Below, piece after piece: positions 28,570 through 39,121 of a stretch of 64,000 nt of DNA (position 1 is the first letter of the stretch; each line of letters opens with the position of its first letter). The notes under the pieces were generated by a model. The model saw only the letters and a list, made by a program, of their open reading frames with translations. It was not told the origin of the DNA and did not search any database. Where the stretch lies: contig OZ024741.1 of assembly GCA_964016885.1 (NCBI GenBank), positions 376,402,001-376,466,000 of the forward strand. The letters are read 5' to 3'. The position numbers and the translations under genes are program-made. This DNA comes from Eledone cirrhosa (taxonomy: Eukaryota).

Positions 28570-29015
28570 ATATTGAGCGTGGGTGAAGGTATCTTGGATT
28601 AAGTGAGGAGTTATCCACGCGGGATGAAGCGAGACCGGATCTCAAAATCAGAGTCATGTTCGCAGAGCCAACGAAGATGGAGGAATTGTGAGTAGAGTAT
28701 GGATTGTTAGGTGTAGATAGGATGGCTGGAGGTGAGGTTGAGTTATGAATTCTGTAGAGATGATGTGTTTAGTGTGATCGATAAATACATAAACATCCAG
28801 AAATTGGACGGAAGAGTCGGAGACGGAGATGGTGAACGTATGAGTGGGATGAATGTATTGAACGAAGGCAAGGAAAGATTCGAGCTATTAATGAAGAAGT
28901 GAGGTGACACAGGCTTAATGTCCGTATAGATTCTGGGTGGGTCCAGTGTATTGCAAGTTGATCTGAGCTTCAACGTTACCAACAAACAAGTCGGGCCCCA
29001 TTTCATTTGCTTTGG
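28570..29015 (-). pseudogene. Penelope-like RT/thumb remnant
   Basis: The minus strand gives LFVGNVEAQINLQYTGP, LESFLAFVQYIHPTHTFTISVSDSSVQFLDV, TSSHP and YSQFLHLRWLC, all PLE RT-like motifs. Confidence 0.78.
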
Positions 29016-29973
29016 CATGTCTAGAGACTTATTTTCAAAATTAAAATCTCACAGAATACAATATATAATATGTAAATATTTTCCATGGGGTCTACATTAG
29101 TCAAACAGTTCTGATACTTAGACACATGATGAGAGTACACAGTCTTGCGTGTATGCCACCGCACACTAAAAATCGTCTTCTTACTCAAATGTCCATGTTT
29201 TCTTCTTTCAATGCAGATATTCAGGTTCGGAATAGCCTCGCAGTGTTAAGGAAATGTAATTTATAACTAAATACAAACAAATAACTAAATTCGCTTAACA
29301 GTGGATGATACATTTTATTCATTGTCAAACTAGTGTTGCGTTCTTTGACATCGGTTGAATGCTTGTCATCTGCAGCAAGTATACAACCAGCTGCGTCCCT
29401 TGTTTTAGAAAAGAGAAAATCGCCAAACAGCACATGAAGATATATACAACACGACATGTAGCTAAAATATATGTAAAACTTTGAAAACTGGCGCAAAACG
29501 AAACAGGTTAGAACACAATCTAATTAAATAATCATGACTAATTGTGAAAACAGATCTGCGTTAATGAAAAATAATATATAAATATATATATGACAATCTC
29601 CTTTCTTTATGGACTGTAAATTTGCATTAATTTGTCCTTTATATATACACACACACAGATACACAGACACACACACACGCACACACAGACAAACAGATAC
29701 ACACACATATATATATATATATATCACTCGGTAAACAAATGATGCTGATCAGCCGATGTATACTTTGTATATTTTAGAAAATACTATTTACTTTCAACAG
29801 TTCAATCGAGTAGCAGAGATGTATACATTCCTGATGATGGTTAATGACTCAGATACATGTTGATTGTTCCTCGATGCTACTGTTGAAAAAACGGATGTCG
29901 TTAGCCATTAAAACACAGCAAGGCCGTTTGCTTGCAAACGAATCAAATATTATTATTATTGCTATTATTATTA

Positions 29974-32900
29974 CTGATCTGTTCGGACGTCCTTTTTGCT
30001 CGCTCCCAGTAAATCGCTTTATTTGCCAGTTAAAATTATTTGTTGTTAAATATTTCTTGTTGTGTAAGGGATATAAGCCCTTAAAATTTTCCCTTTGAAA
30101 GGGAAAGTGTAATATTTGGGCCAATTGGCCAAAATATTTGAACATTTTACTTTTAGAAATTATTTGAAAAAAAGAAACATTGCTGAGCCACGCCCCCCAG
30201 CAATATGTCCGCTGTCGTGTGACAACGGCGTAAAAGTGGAGAGAAGGGTTAGGGAAATTCATACAACAGACACCACCACAAACATCGTGAACAAAGACAA
30301 CAACACTGAGAACACTAATTTTTTTTAAATTACCACATCAATTACAACAATAACAGCGTCAACCGAAATACAAACAACAGAAAAAATGACAACAAATGCA
30401 TCAACGATATTAACACCACTAACAAGAAAATAAACAACGACAACACCAACAGCAACAATACAAATTGCACCGAAAACAACAACAACGGTGGCACAAATAC
30501 ACAACCAACTACAACAGTGATAACACCAACAACGCTAACGCCAATAAGACCGTTGTAGCAGTAGCAACAGCAACAGCACCAACAAGACCAGTAGCAGCAG
30601 CAATAATGGTGCCGCTGAAAAAGGCGTCACTTCTTTCGCAGATGTGCCCCGAAATATAGAGACACTGTTAGTCACGGAGGAGGAATGGCAGTCGCAAGAG
30701 CCCATGGTGTCGAGAAACGAAAGTTCCCTTGAAACCTCCACCCGATTTCTTCAAAGACCAGCAGCTGCGCACGGTGACTTACCGCACCGTAAGCAAAATG
30801 TCACATCGGGGGTGGAGAGTTCCACGGAGGCTCAAATCCAAAAGGCCTTGGGGTGCGTCTGGGCACACAAAACCCACATCACCCGAAGCAAAATGTACGC
30901 CACAGTAGACGTACCCCCCCCCAGAGGCTAAGTCTCACTCTTTGGAAACCCTAAAGAGTGAGGAGATAGTCTTGGTGCCCTCCTACTGCGGCAGAATATT
31001 GTGAGGGTCAAAGTCACCCACGTGTCTATACCTTGGCTGTCCGCGTCTGTACTGGTTGGAATCGAGGAGAAGACCGCCATACTGCAAATACAGAGAATGG
31101 GAAGAGAGAACTGGTCAGGAATAGACATACAGATGCTAATACAGACTGACCAGGAGTGCATCGAGGCCATCCCAGACATCATAGACCTCGAAAAAAGGCT
31201 CCAACTCCCTATAAGCGTGGAAGAAAGGCGCCCAAAGCGCTATCTCTGTGGGCAGAAGGGTGCAGAAGTGTCACCTCAGGGCCTTCTGCCCGCAGAAGAC
31301 AGCCAAGAAGAGTGCCCCCCTCCTTCCGACGCCTGATCCGCTACTACCAAGAGCAGGACAGGCAACAGAGGCAGAAGACCCTTCAATGGTGAGTAAGAGG
31401 ACAACCTTCGTGGCACCCATACCAAGGCGACGGACAACTAATTCAGCGGCAGCAATGGCGGCAACACCAATTGTCACAGTAGCTATATCGGCGGCAAAAT
31501 CGCCGGAGAGGGCTCCACTACCACCACCAACAGCATTGGAGCTCATACCCCTCCCCGACGCCACGAAATCTGACATGGAGTATGAGGCAGGAGGGAAGTG
31601 GCAAACGGTCTGTCACAAAAAAAACAAAAGAGAAAAAAACCCTTAGCTTCACCCTCCAAAAGTGAAGACAAACAAAGAGGGGTAAGGCTGCAAGGAGACA
31701 TGCAGCAACATCACCACCATCACCATCACCACTACAAGCATCACCATCAACAACAACCACACCACCACCAGCATCACCAAAAACACCAACATCTTAAACA
31801 CGACAAAACAAACACACCAAACAGCAACAACAAGAAAACAGCAACAAAATCACCCCAAAAGGTACACAGCCATAAACATGACAAATAAAGAACTCATACA
31901 ATATATAAAGCAGCACACAGACATCACAGAAAAAACTACTACACCCCACCAAGAACTCTCTCGACAAACACAAGCATCATTGATATCAAAATAGAACAGT
32001 ACAAACTTTTAAAACAAAAATTCGCCAGCGCAGTTGGAGATTTGAGAGGGTCGGTTACCAAGAGCATATACACTGATATCCTCATGGAAACACCCATGAC
32101 CAGCCAAAGGAACGGTTCTACTGCCCCTTCACCACACGATCAAGGTAAGCGATCCTTTCTCACTTGTCCCGTTTCTCATCCAACATGGACGTACTTAGAA
32201 TAGGCAGTATAAATGTACGTGGGCTGGGGTCATCAGGTCACCAAACATAGATGTGGTGGCCATCAGCGAGATAAGAGTCTCCGAAGTACGAGCCTTCGCA
32301 CCGATCTTCGGCGGCTACGATGCATACGGACCATCTACCTGGACCCAGAAGGTAAGTGGGTGGTGCTGGACGTGACCGGCAGCGAAGGCATTGCTTTCAG
32401 GCTAGTAGCCGTCTACGCCCCATTAGGGGCAGGACGGCCAGATTTCTTCAGACGTCTAGAGACCTTTCTTGGAACGTCCCGCGCTTTAGTGTTAGTGGGC
32501 GACTGGAACGGTAGCTTAGATGTACGCTGGGATTATGTGGAGCTAGTAGACAGGGCAGGAGGGTGTAAAAGCCTCAACAACCTGCTCAGACATTTTGAAC
32601 TGTCTGACTGGATTATCCGAATGTGCCAATGTGGACATGGGCAAACCGCATAGGGTCATCGAGATCGTATGTAGATAGGGTATTCTGTAGGGAAACAGAT
32701 AAGGCTGTTCTAGGTTGTCCACAATTTAAAGTAGTCGACTACACGGAACACAATTTGTGATCTGTGAAGTTGACTTAGATAGATTCCATAGGCAAGGGCC
32801 CGGCTACTGGAAGCTGAACGCGTCGTTCCCGGCGCGCAAAGCTTACAGAGACCGGATTAGCAAATTAGTTAAGATTGCGTTGACGGGTGCGATCGTCAAC

Positions 32901-33069
32901 AACAGGTGGTGGTTTACCGCGAAAAGGGCTATTAGAGTAGATTAGATTAAATATTTCTATCATGTTATAATCTATTTACACGGCCAAAACTCATTTTGTA
33001 TCGTCCTGTACGGTTCTGTGCCGTCTGTAATGTTTTATTCATGTTAGCCTTTGTGGCCAATAAAGAAAC

Positions 33070-33070
<1 letters not shown>
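29974..33070 (+). mobile_element. Older Tx1-like LINE: decayed ORF1, APE portion of ORF2, RT deleted, 3' end retained
   Basis: Homologous to 33356-36280 (EAQIQKALGCVWAHKTHI, VKVTHV, FRLVAVYAP, LVGDWNG, GPGYWKLNAS). Jumps at about 32945 to the 3' UTR. Short (ATT)n upstream at 29949-29973, and (ATT)n tail 33071-33148. Confidence 0.88.
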
Positions 33071-33133
<63 letters not shown>

Positions 33134-33355
33134 ATTATTATTATTATTGGCGACCTACGTAGTAAATCGTATCATCGTGAGCTCCGCAAAGGTTTGTTAT
33201 TTCCGTTTGTTAAAAATTGCCATTTATGGAAAATTTTATTGTTAACTGTTTATGCACACATACATTGTTTTCCGAAAAGGACACCCAAAAAGATTGCGGC
33301 CTTGTGCCCAAAATTTTAACTTTTATTATTATCAAAAAATTTCTTTGAAAAAAAA

Positions 33356-35368
33356 ATGGCTAATTCACCTCTGCAACAAGCAGCTGAAAGCCTTCCTCAC
33401 AAATTAACACCTCACACCGACACCACCATTGTAAATGTTACTACATTTGCCAACACAAAAAAAAATATAAGCAGTAGCAATATTTTAAATTTGTCTCAGG
33501 CAGACATTCATTTCCCGCCATTACCAATGACTGCAGGTGTTAAAGCCTCCACCACCACCACCACCGCGACAACCACCACCCCCACCACCACCGCGACAAC
33601 CACCACCCCCACCACCACCGCGACAACAGAAACAAAAGAAGAAAAAAATAAATTAACTCGTGATGTCGAAATGAAATCAAGCAAAATGGACTCTTCCGCA
33701 CCAAAGACGACTGACGTCACCACAACCACAACTGAAACTAAAATTAATATTAACACAAATAACGATAGCAACAACAACAACAATGACATTATAAAAACCC
33801 CCCTCAGTTTCGCCAGAGTAGCAAAACAATTCGAAGCATTCACGGTAACTCGGGAAGATTTAGAAAATGCCAAACAAATGGTAAAGAAAGATGGGTACAG
33901 GGTCACCCCCCCTAATAAAATGGAGCATCGGCGCCTATGCACCGTGTCGTATAGAACAATAAATGTAAAATCGCGCCGAGTGGAACGGGCATCCGAGTCC
34001 CAAATCCAAAAAGCTTTGGGACATGTGTGGGCAAGAAAAACCCACATCAGACGTGGGCAAAAGTATGGAACCGTGGATGTGTTCTTTGAAACACCAGAGG
34101 AGGCTAGAGAACACTCCATGGCCCCATTAAAAAGTGACGACTTCACATTCGTCCCAAGCTATTGTGGCCAGAGACTCGTAAAGATCAGGGTGACCCACGT
34201 TCCACCGGCCATCGAAATTCCCTGGCTAATAGCGGCTGTCCTCGCCGGCATTGAAGCCAACACGAAAATAATAGCAATAGCAAAAGAAAAGCAGGAAAAC
34301 TGCTCCGGATCTGGGATGGAGCTCCTGATCCAAGCGGATCAAAAAAGCATTGAGGAGATCCCAGAGGTAATAGACCTCACTGACGGCAGCCACCTCACGG
34401 TAATTGTCGAGGGCAGAAGACCTAGGTGTGTCGTTTGTGGTGAAGGAACCCACCTAAGGGCTTTCTGCCCTCAGGCTAAAAGGTTGAGGCCACCTCTCCT
34501 ACCCGCCCCAGTGACACAACCATCAACACCACCAGTAGCAGAGATGGCAGCAACAACTGTAGCAGCAACAACAGAAGCAACTATAACAGCAACAACCCCA
34601 GCAACAGTAGCAAAACCAACACCACTACCACCACCAGCAAAACCAACACCACCACCACCCAACGCTTCAGAACTAGCACCAGCGCCTACACCATCCACCA
34701 CACCACAACCAAAACTAACGGCTGTGGAGGATTTTCCACTCCCCGGCCTATCACAACTGGAGACAGATTGTGACGACGAGGAGTGGGAAACGATATCCGG
34801 AAAAAAAAAAGAAACCAAAAAAGAAAAAAATTCTCTTCCTTCCCCCTCCAAAAACAAAATACAGAGGGAAACAAATAAACTAAGAAACAAAAAAGTTAGG
34901 ACAGATATGCCACCATCCACACCAGCATCACCAACCCCATCAACCCAAACACCAACACCATCACCATCATTAACTCCAACACCACCATCACCTACACCAC
35001 AAAAGTCACCAAAATGCGAAACAGAAACAAACCCACAACAAACGCAAACAAAACAAAACAACCAAAACGATACACACTACACAGCATTAAATTTGAACAA
35101 CAAGCAATTATTACACTACATCCAACACAACACCAGCATCACAGAAAAAGACTACACAACAACCCCAAAATTCACACCACCTCCACACATACAAATCACT
35201 CGCATCACACAGAAAACGTACATGACACTAAAACAAAAATTCCCCAAAGACATCGGAGACTTCCGACAAGCACTCTCCAGGAGGATTTATAAGGACATCC
35301 TTCCTGAGGAGGCCACAAGCAGTGAAAAGGATGGAAAAGCCGTCCTTCCCCTACGAGAAGTAAGGTAA
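33356..35368 (+). CDS. Tx1-like ORF1 protein (670 aa), gag-like with CCHC knuckle and Thr/Pro-rich regions
   Basis: Open frame; CVVCGEGTHLRAFC fits CX2CX4HX4C; 27-bp TTTATTTTP repeats near 33550-33630. Confidence 0.88.
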   Translation: MANSPLQQAAESLPHKLTPHTDTTIVNVTTFANTKKNISSSNILNLSQADIHFPPLPMTAGVKASTTTTTATTTTPTTTATTTTPTTTATTETKEEKNKLTRDVEMKSSKMDSSAPKTTDVTTTTTETKININTNNDSNNNNNDIIKTPLSFARVAKQFEAFTVTREDLENAKQMVKKDGYRVTPPNKMEHRRLCTVSYRTINVKSRRVERASESQIQKALGHVWARKTHIRRGQKYGTVDVFFETPEEAREHSMAPLKSDDFTFVPSYCGQRLVKIRVTHVPPAIEIPWLIAAVLAGIEANTKIIAIAKEKQENCSGSGMELLIQADQKSIEEIPEVIDLTDGSHLTVIVEGRRPRCVVCGEGTHLRAFCPQAKRLRPPLLPAPVTQPSTPPVAEMAATTVAATTEATITATTPATVAKPTPLPPPAKPTPPPPNASELAPAPTPSTTPQPKLTAVEDFPLPGLSQLETDCDDEEWETISGKKKETKKEKNSLPSPSKNKIQRETNKLRNKKVRTDMPPSTPASPTPSTQTPTPSPSLTPTPPSPTPQKSPKCETETNPQQTQTKQNNQNDTHYTALNLNNKQLLHYIQHNTSITEKDYTTTPKFTPPPHIQITRITQKTYMTLKQKFPKDIGDFRQALSRRIYKDILPEEATSSEKDGKAVLPLREVR

Positions 35369-35402
35369 GTGGTCTTTCCCATCTTTTCCACTCCTTTTCA
35401 AC

Positions 35403-38400
35403 ATGACCTCACTCAGAATAGGCAGCATAAATGCGCGTGGATTGGGGTCGTCATGGAAGCAGGGCCACCTGCTCAACGACCTCAGGTCACTAAACATAGA
35501 TGTAGTGGCCATCAGCGAGACCAGAATCTCCGAAGCACAGGCTTTTGCACCGATCTTCGGCGGCTACGATGTGTACGCATCTCCCAGCCGTCCGGGATCG
35601 GGGGGAGGAGTTGCTGTGCTTTTTCGGAGAGGTTTGGATCTTGCCATACGGGCCATCTTCCTGGACCCAGAAGGTAAGTTGGTGGTGCTGGACGTGACCA
35701 GCGGAGACGGGCAAGCTTTCAGGTTAGTGGCCGTCTATGCCCCGACAGGAGCAGGGCGGCCTGATCTCTTCCGGCGTCTGGAGACCTTTCTTGGAACGTC
35801 CCGATCTTTAGTGTTAGTGGGCGACTGGAACGGGATCTTAGATGCACGCTGGGATTGTGTGGGATTAGTGGATAGGGAAGGAGGGTGCAAGAGTCTCACC
35901 AACCTGCTCAGACGTTTTGAACTGTCTGACAGGTACCGAATGGATTTCCCGAATGTACCAATGTGGACTTGGACAAATCGCATAGGGTCATCCAGATCAT
36001 ATCTAGATAGAGTATTTTGTAGGGAAATAGATAGGTCTAGCATAGGCTGTCCACAATTCAAGATAGTCAGCTACACGGACCACAAATTCGTGATCTGTGT
36101 GCTTGACTTAGATAGGCTTCATAGACGAGGACCCGGCTACTGGAAGTTAAATGCGTCCTTACCAGCGCGCAAGGCCTACAGAGACCGGATTAGCGAACTA
36201 GTTAAGCGGGCGTTGACGGGGGCCATCGTCAACAACAAGTGGTGGTTTGCTCTGAAAAGAGCAATTAGAATAGAGTCCATTAGGTTTAGTAAGACTTTAG
36301 CAATAGAGAAAAATAGAGCAGAGGGAGAATTAGTTAGAAAATTAGATGAGGCGCTTAGCAAAGGCATCGCGACCGACGTACTTGCGGCGAAATTGGCCCT
36401 TGACCAATTCTTCAATGCAAAGCACGAAGGCTGCGTTGTCAGAGCTAGGGTGCGTGCTCTCAGACACGAGGGGACGAAAGCCGTTCAATGGGCCCGAGTG
36501 GCGGAGGCGCGTCGTGGCAACAAAGCCACGATCCGGTCTTTGGTGGACCACGACGGGCGCATGCTACTCGATCCCGGGCAAATGTGTGAAGCTTTTCAGC
36601 GACACTTCGCTCAACTGTTCGGGGGCAGTGGCGGGCCGGATCGAGGGATGGACTTTAGTGTCTACCTCGACGGACTGCCGCGGCTTTCGGCCACTGAGGC
36701 GGAGTGTTGCGAAAAGCCGATAACAACCGCTGAAGTACGGGATGCAATGACTAGTTGCACAAGGGGTAAATCGCCTGGTTTGGATGGTCTGCCCTATGAA
36801 CTTTACGTACAAATGCCAAACTTGTTCGGAGGCCTCTTGGCGGACGTCTACTGCAACTGGCAACAGAACGGGAGAATTCCCAGCTCTGTGAGCCGAGGAG
36901 CGGTGGCGCTGCTGAGAAAGGATCCGAACAAGGGGGATAACATAGATAATTTTAGGCCCATAACTCTGCTAAACACAGAGTTCAAGATTTTGGCCAAGGT
37001 GCTAGCAAAGAGGTTGGCGTTTGTCGTTGATGGTCTGGTGGGAGAGGCACAGACATGCGCCATTCCCGACAGATCCATCCACGACAACCTCCACCTCATG
37101 CGATACATCGTAGAGAGGGTAGCTAGGAAACCTGGCACGGGTGGGTCTTTGATCAATTTAGATCAGTCGAAAGCCTTCGATAGGGTCGACCATCGTTACC
37201 TAACGGCAGTCCTGAGGGCGGCTGGCTTTGGGCCCGTCTTCAGAGGCTGGATCGCTGCCATGCATAGCGACATCTGCTCTGTAGTGAGAGTGAACGGTCA
37301 CCTTTCGGAACCGTTCAACATCATGCGCTCGGTCCGCCAAGGATGTCCCCTCTCGTCCCTATTGTACGTATTGACTCTCGAGCCATTACTGCACAAACTG
37401 GAGACGATGAGGGGGGTCCCGCGCGAACTAGGATGCGGAAGATCCGTGTCAGCATATGCCGACGATGTCACCGTAGTGGTGTCGAACGCCAAACACATCG
37501 AGGCGATCGGCACTACACTAAGAGAATACGAAGCGGTGACAGGAGCAATGGTCAACCAGGAAAAGTCAGTGGGCCTGCAGCTCGGCACCTGGAGAGGCAG
37601 GTCCATGCCGTCCAACAGCGTCGTCGGGCGCTGGACGGACGGACCGGTTAAATTGCTAGGGGTCTGGTTCGGTCCAGACCTCCAGACGGACAAAAACTGG
37701 GACGAGGTGACGAGCAGGGTGGCTTCTCTCACCCAGAAATGGGCCGAGAGGAAGCTATCCCTGAAAGGTCGAGCGGAGGTGGCGAATGCGTACATCGCAT
37801 CCGTCATATACTACCGCCTGACCGTCGTACTTTGTCCTAAGCCCCGCCTGACTGCGCTGGAGCGTTTGCTCTTTCGCTTCTTGTGGAAGGGACGCGCTCC
37901 GATGGTCAGGCGGTCCATCTGCTGTCAACACCCGCTACGTGGAGGGCTGGGCATGCCGTGGATGATGATGCGCAGACACGCGCTCAGGCTACGACATCTC
38001 CACCTCTTCCTCGACGGTGATCAGGTGTGGTCGCCGTTTGCAAGACACGTTTTTCCCCAGCTCGTCTCCTTGACGGAGCTGCAGTCCTGGGTCAAGCGAA
38101 GACCGAGAGGGAGCGCTTGGAGACTGAAATGTCTTCAGGCGCTCACAGCCGTCGACCAATCGGGCAATGTGATCGGTGGAAACTCCACCTTGGCGTTCTA
38201 TAGGGGATTAGTGGAGGGGAAGAGCGACGACGTACTTGGAGAAACTCTAGGCGTCGACGAAAATCAACTAGCCTGTCTCTTCGGAAGGACTTTCGGGCCG
38301 GGGCCTATGGACAACTTTCAGAAATCCCTAGCCTGGCAGTTCTACCGGGGAGCTTTGCTAGTTCGGGATAAACTCTACAGGCATGGAGGTGCCGTCAGCC

Positions 38401-38822
38401 GGGCATGTCCAAGATGCGCACAGGGTGACGAAAACATCCTGCACCCACTCGTCCAGTGTCCGAGCATTGCTGACTTGTGGGTTTATGTCGAACACCTGCT
38501 GTCACGTGTAGGACGGATCCAGCTATCAGCTGAGTCCATCGTGAGGATTGCCCCGCCCTCTTCCTTTAGCCGGGAAGGGCAGGCAGTTTTTATCTGTCTG
38601 GTGGCCATGGCGAAAGAGATAGTATGGTGGACACGTTTGAAAAGGCTGAAGACGAGCACTTACCTCTTCGGTGATGCCCTGATTAACTTCTTCAAATTTC
38701 ATTTGAAAAGGAAAATCAGGGTAGAGAGGGAAGTGCTCTCTTCCCAGCATTTTGTTGAAAGATGGGTGAGAGAAGCAAGTATGGCCCGAATGAATGGGCC
38801 TTCTCTGAGTATGTGTCTGTAA
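35403..38822 (+). CDS. Tx1-like ORF2 protein (1139 aa): AP endonuclease, reverse transcriptase, C-terminal Cys/His motif
   Basis: SINARGL, ISET, VYAP, GDWN, YLDR, TDH, GPGYWKLN, KSPGLDG, NFRPITLLN, DQSKAFD, VRQGCPLS, YADD, CPRC..ENILHPLVQC. Confidence 0.96.
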   Translation: MTSLRIGSINARGLGSSWKQGHLLNDLRSLNIDVVAISETRISEAQAFAPIFGGYDVYASPSRPGSGGGVAVLFRRGLDLAIRAIFLDPEGKLVVLDVTSGDGQAFRLVAVYAPTGAGRPDLFRRLETFLGTSRSLVLVGDWNGILDARWDCVGLVDREGGCKSLTNLLRRFELSDRYRMDFPNVPMWTWTNRIGSSRSYLDRVFCREIDRSSIGCPQFKIVSYTDHKFVICVLDLDRLHRRGPGYWKLNASLPARKAYRDRISELVKRALTGAIVNNKWWFALKRAIRIESIRFSKTLAIEKNRAEGELVRKLDEALSKGIATDVLAAKLALDQFFNAKHEGCVVRARVRALRHEGTKAVQWARVAEARRGNKATIRSLVDHDGRMLLDPGQMCEAFQRHFAQLFGGSGGPDRGMDFSVYLDGLPRLSATEAECCEKPITTAEVRDAMTSCTRGKSPGLDGLPYELYVQMPNLFGGLLADVYCNWQQNGRIPSSVSRGAVALLRKDPNKGDNIDNFRPITLLNTEFKILAKVLAKRLAFVVDGLVGEAQTCAIPDRSIHDNLHLMRYIVERVARKPGTGGSLINLDQSKAFDRVDHRYLTAVLRAAGFGPVFRGWIAAMHSDICSVVRVNGHLSEPFNIMRSVRQGCPLSSLLYVLTLEPLLHKLETMRGVPRELGCGRSVSAYADDVTVVVSNAKHIEAIGTTLREYEAVTGAMVNQEKSVGLQLGTWRGRSMPSNSVVGRWTDGPVKLLGVWFGPDLQTDKNWDEVTSRVASLTQKWAERKLSLKGRAEVANAYIASVIYYRLTVVLCPKPRLTALERLLFRFLWKGRAPMVRRSICCQHPLRGGLGMPWMMMRRHALRLRHLHLFLDGDQVWSPFARHVFPQLVSLTELQSWVKRRPRGSAWRLKCLQALTAVDQSGNVIGGNSTLAFYRGLVEGKSDDVLGETLGVDENQLACLFGRTFGPGPMDNFQKSLAWQFYRGALLVRDKLYRHGGAVSRACPRCAQGDENILHPLVQCPSIADLWVYVEHLLSRVGRIQLSAESIVRIAPPSSFSREGQAVFICLVAMAKEIVWWTRLKRLKTSTYLFGDALINFFKFHLKRKIRVEREVLSSQHFVERWVREASMARMNGPSLSMCL

Positions 38823-39063
38823 ATTAAAGGTGGAAAACTGGGAGAGGGCACTTGCCCTGGTGGTCAGGGCCACTGTGGTCTTTTAATGGGCTTTCTCCAC
38901 AAATGTCCCTTGGAAGTCTCCCCCCTATTGGGGAATTTTTCTTTGTTATTTTATTTCAACCTCTGTTTTTTTACACGCAGAAATGCCCATTTGTACCGTC
39001 CTGTATTGTCCTGTACTGTCCTTAATGTCTACTTTATGTGAACCCTTGTGGTTAATAAAGAAA

Positions 39064-39120
<57 letters not shown>

Positions 39121-39121
<1 letters not shown>

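Larger units (their letters stand above)
33149..39065 (+). mobile_element. Full-length Tx1-like (L1 group) LINE inside an (ATT)n tract
   Basis: About 207-nt 5' UTR, two intact ORFs, 3' UTR with hairpin and AATAAA. (ATT)n at 33071-33148 and 39066-39120. Confidence 0.93.

Noticed and set aside
29825-29867. Hammerhead-like ACATTC CTGATGA...GATAC ATGT T GATTGT, and similar traces at about 5235-5285 and 56475-56510 (minus)
   Set aside because: Core bases are mutated and the stems are weak; at best dead PLE remnants.
33508-38873. Antisense and alternate-frame ORFs inside the Tx1 and other LINEs
   Set aside because: Shadow frames of GC-rich or low-complexity coding sequence, with no motifs.
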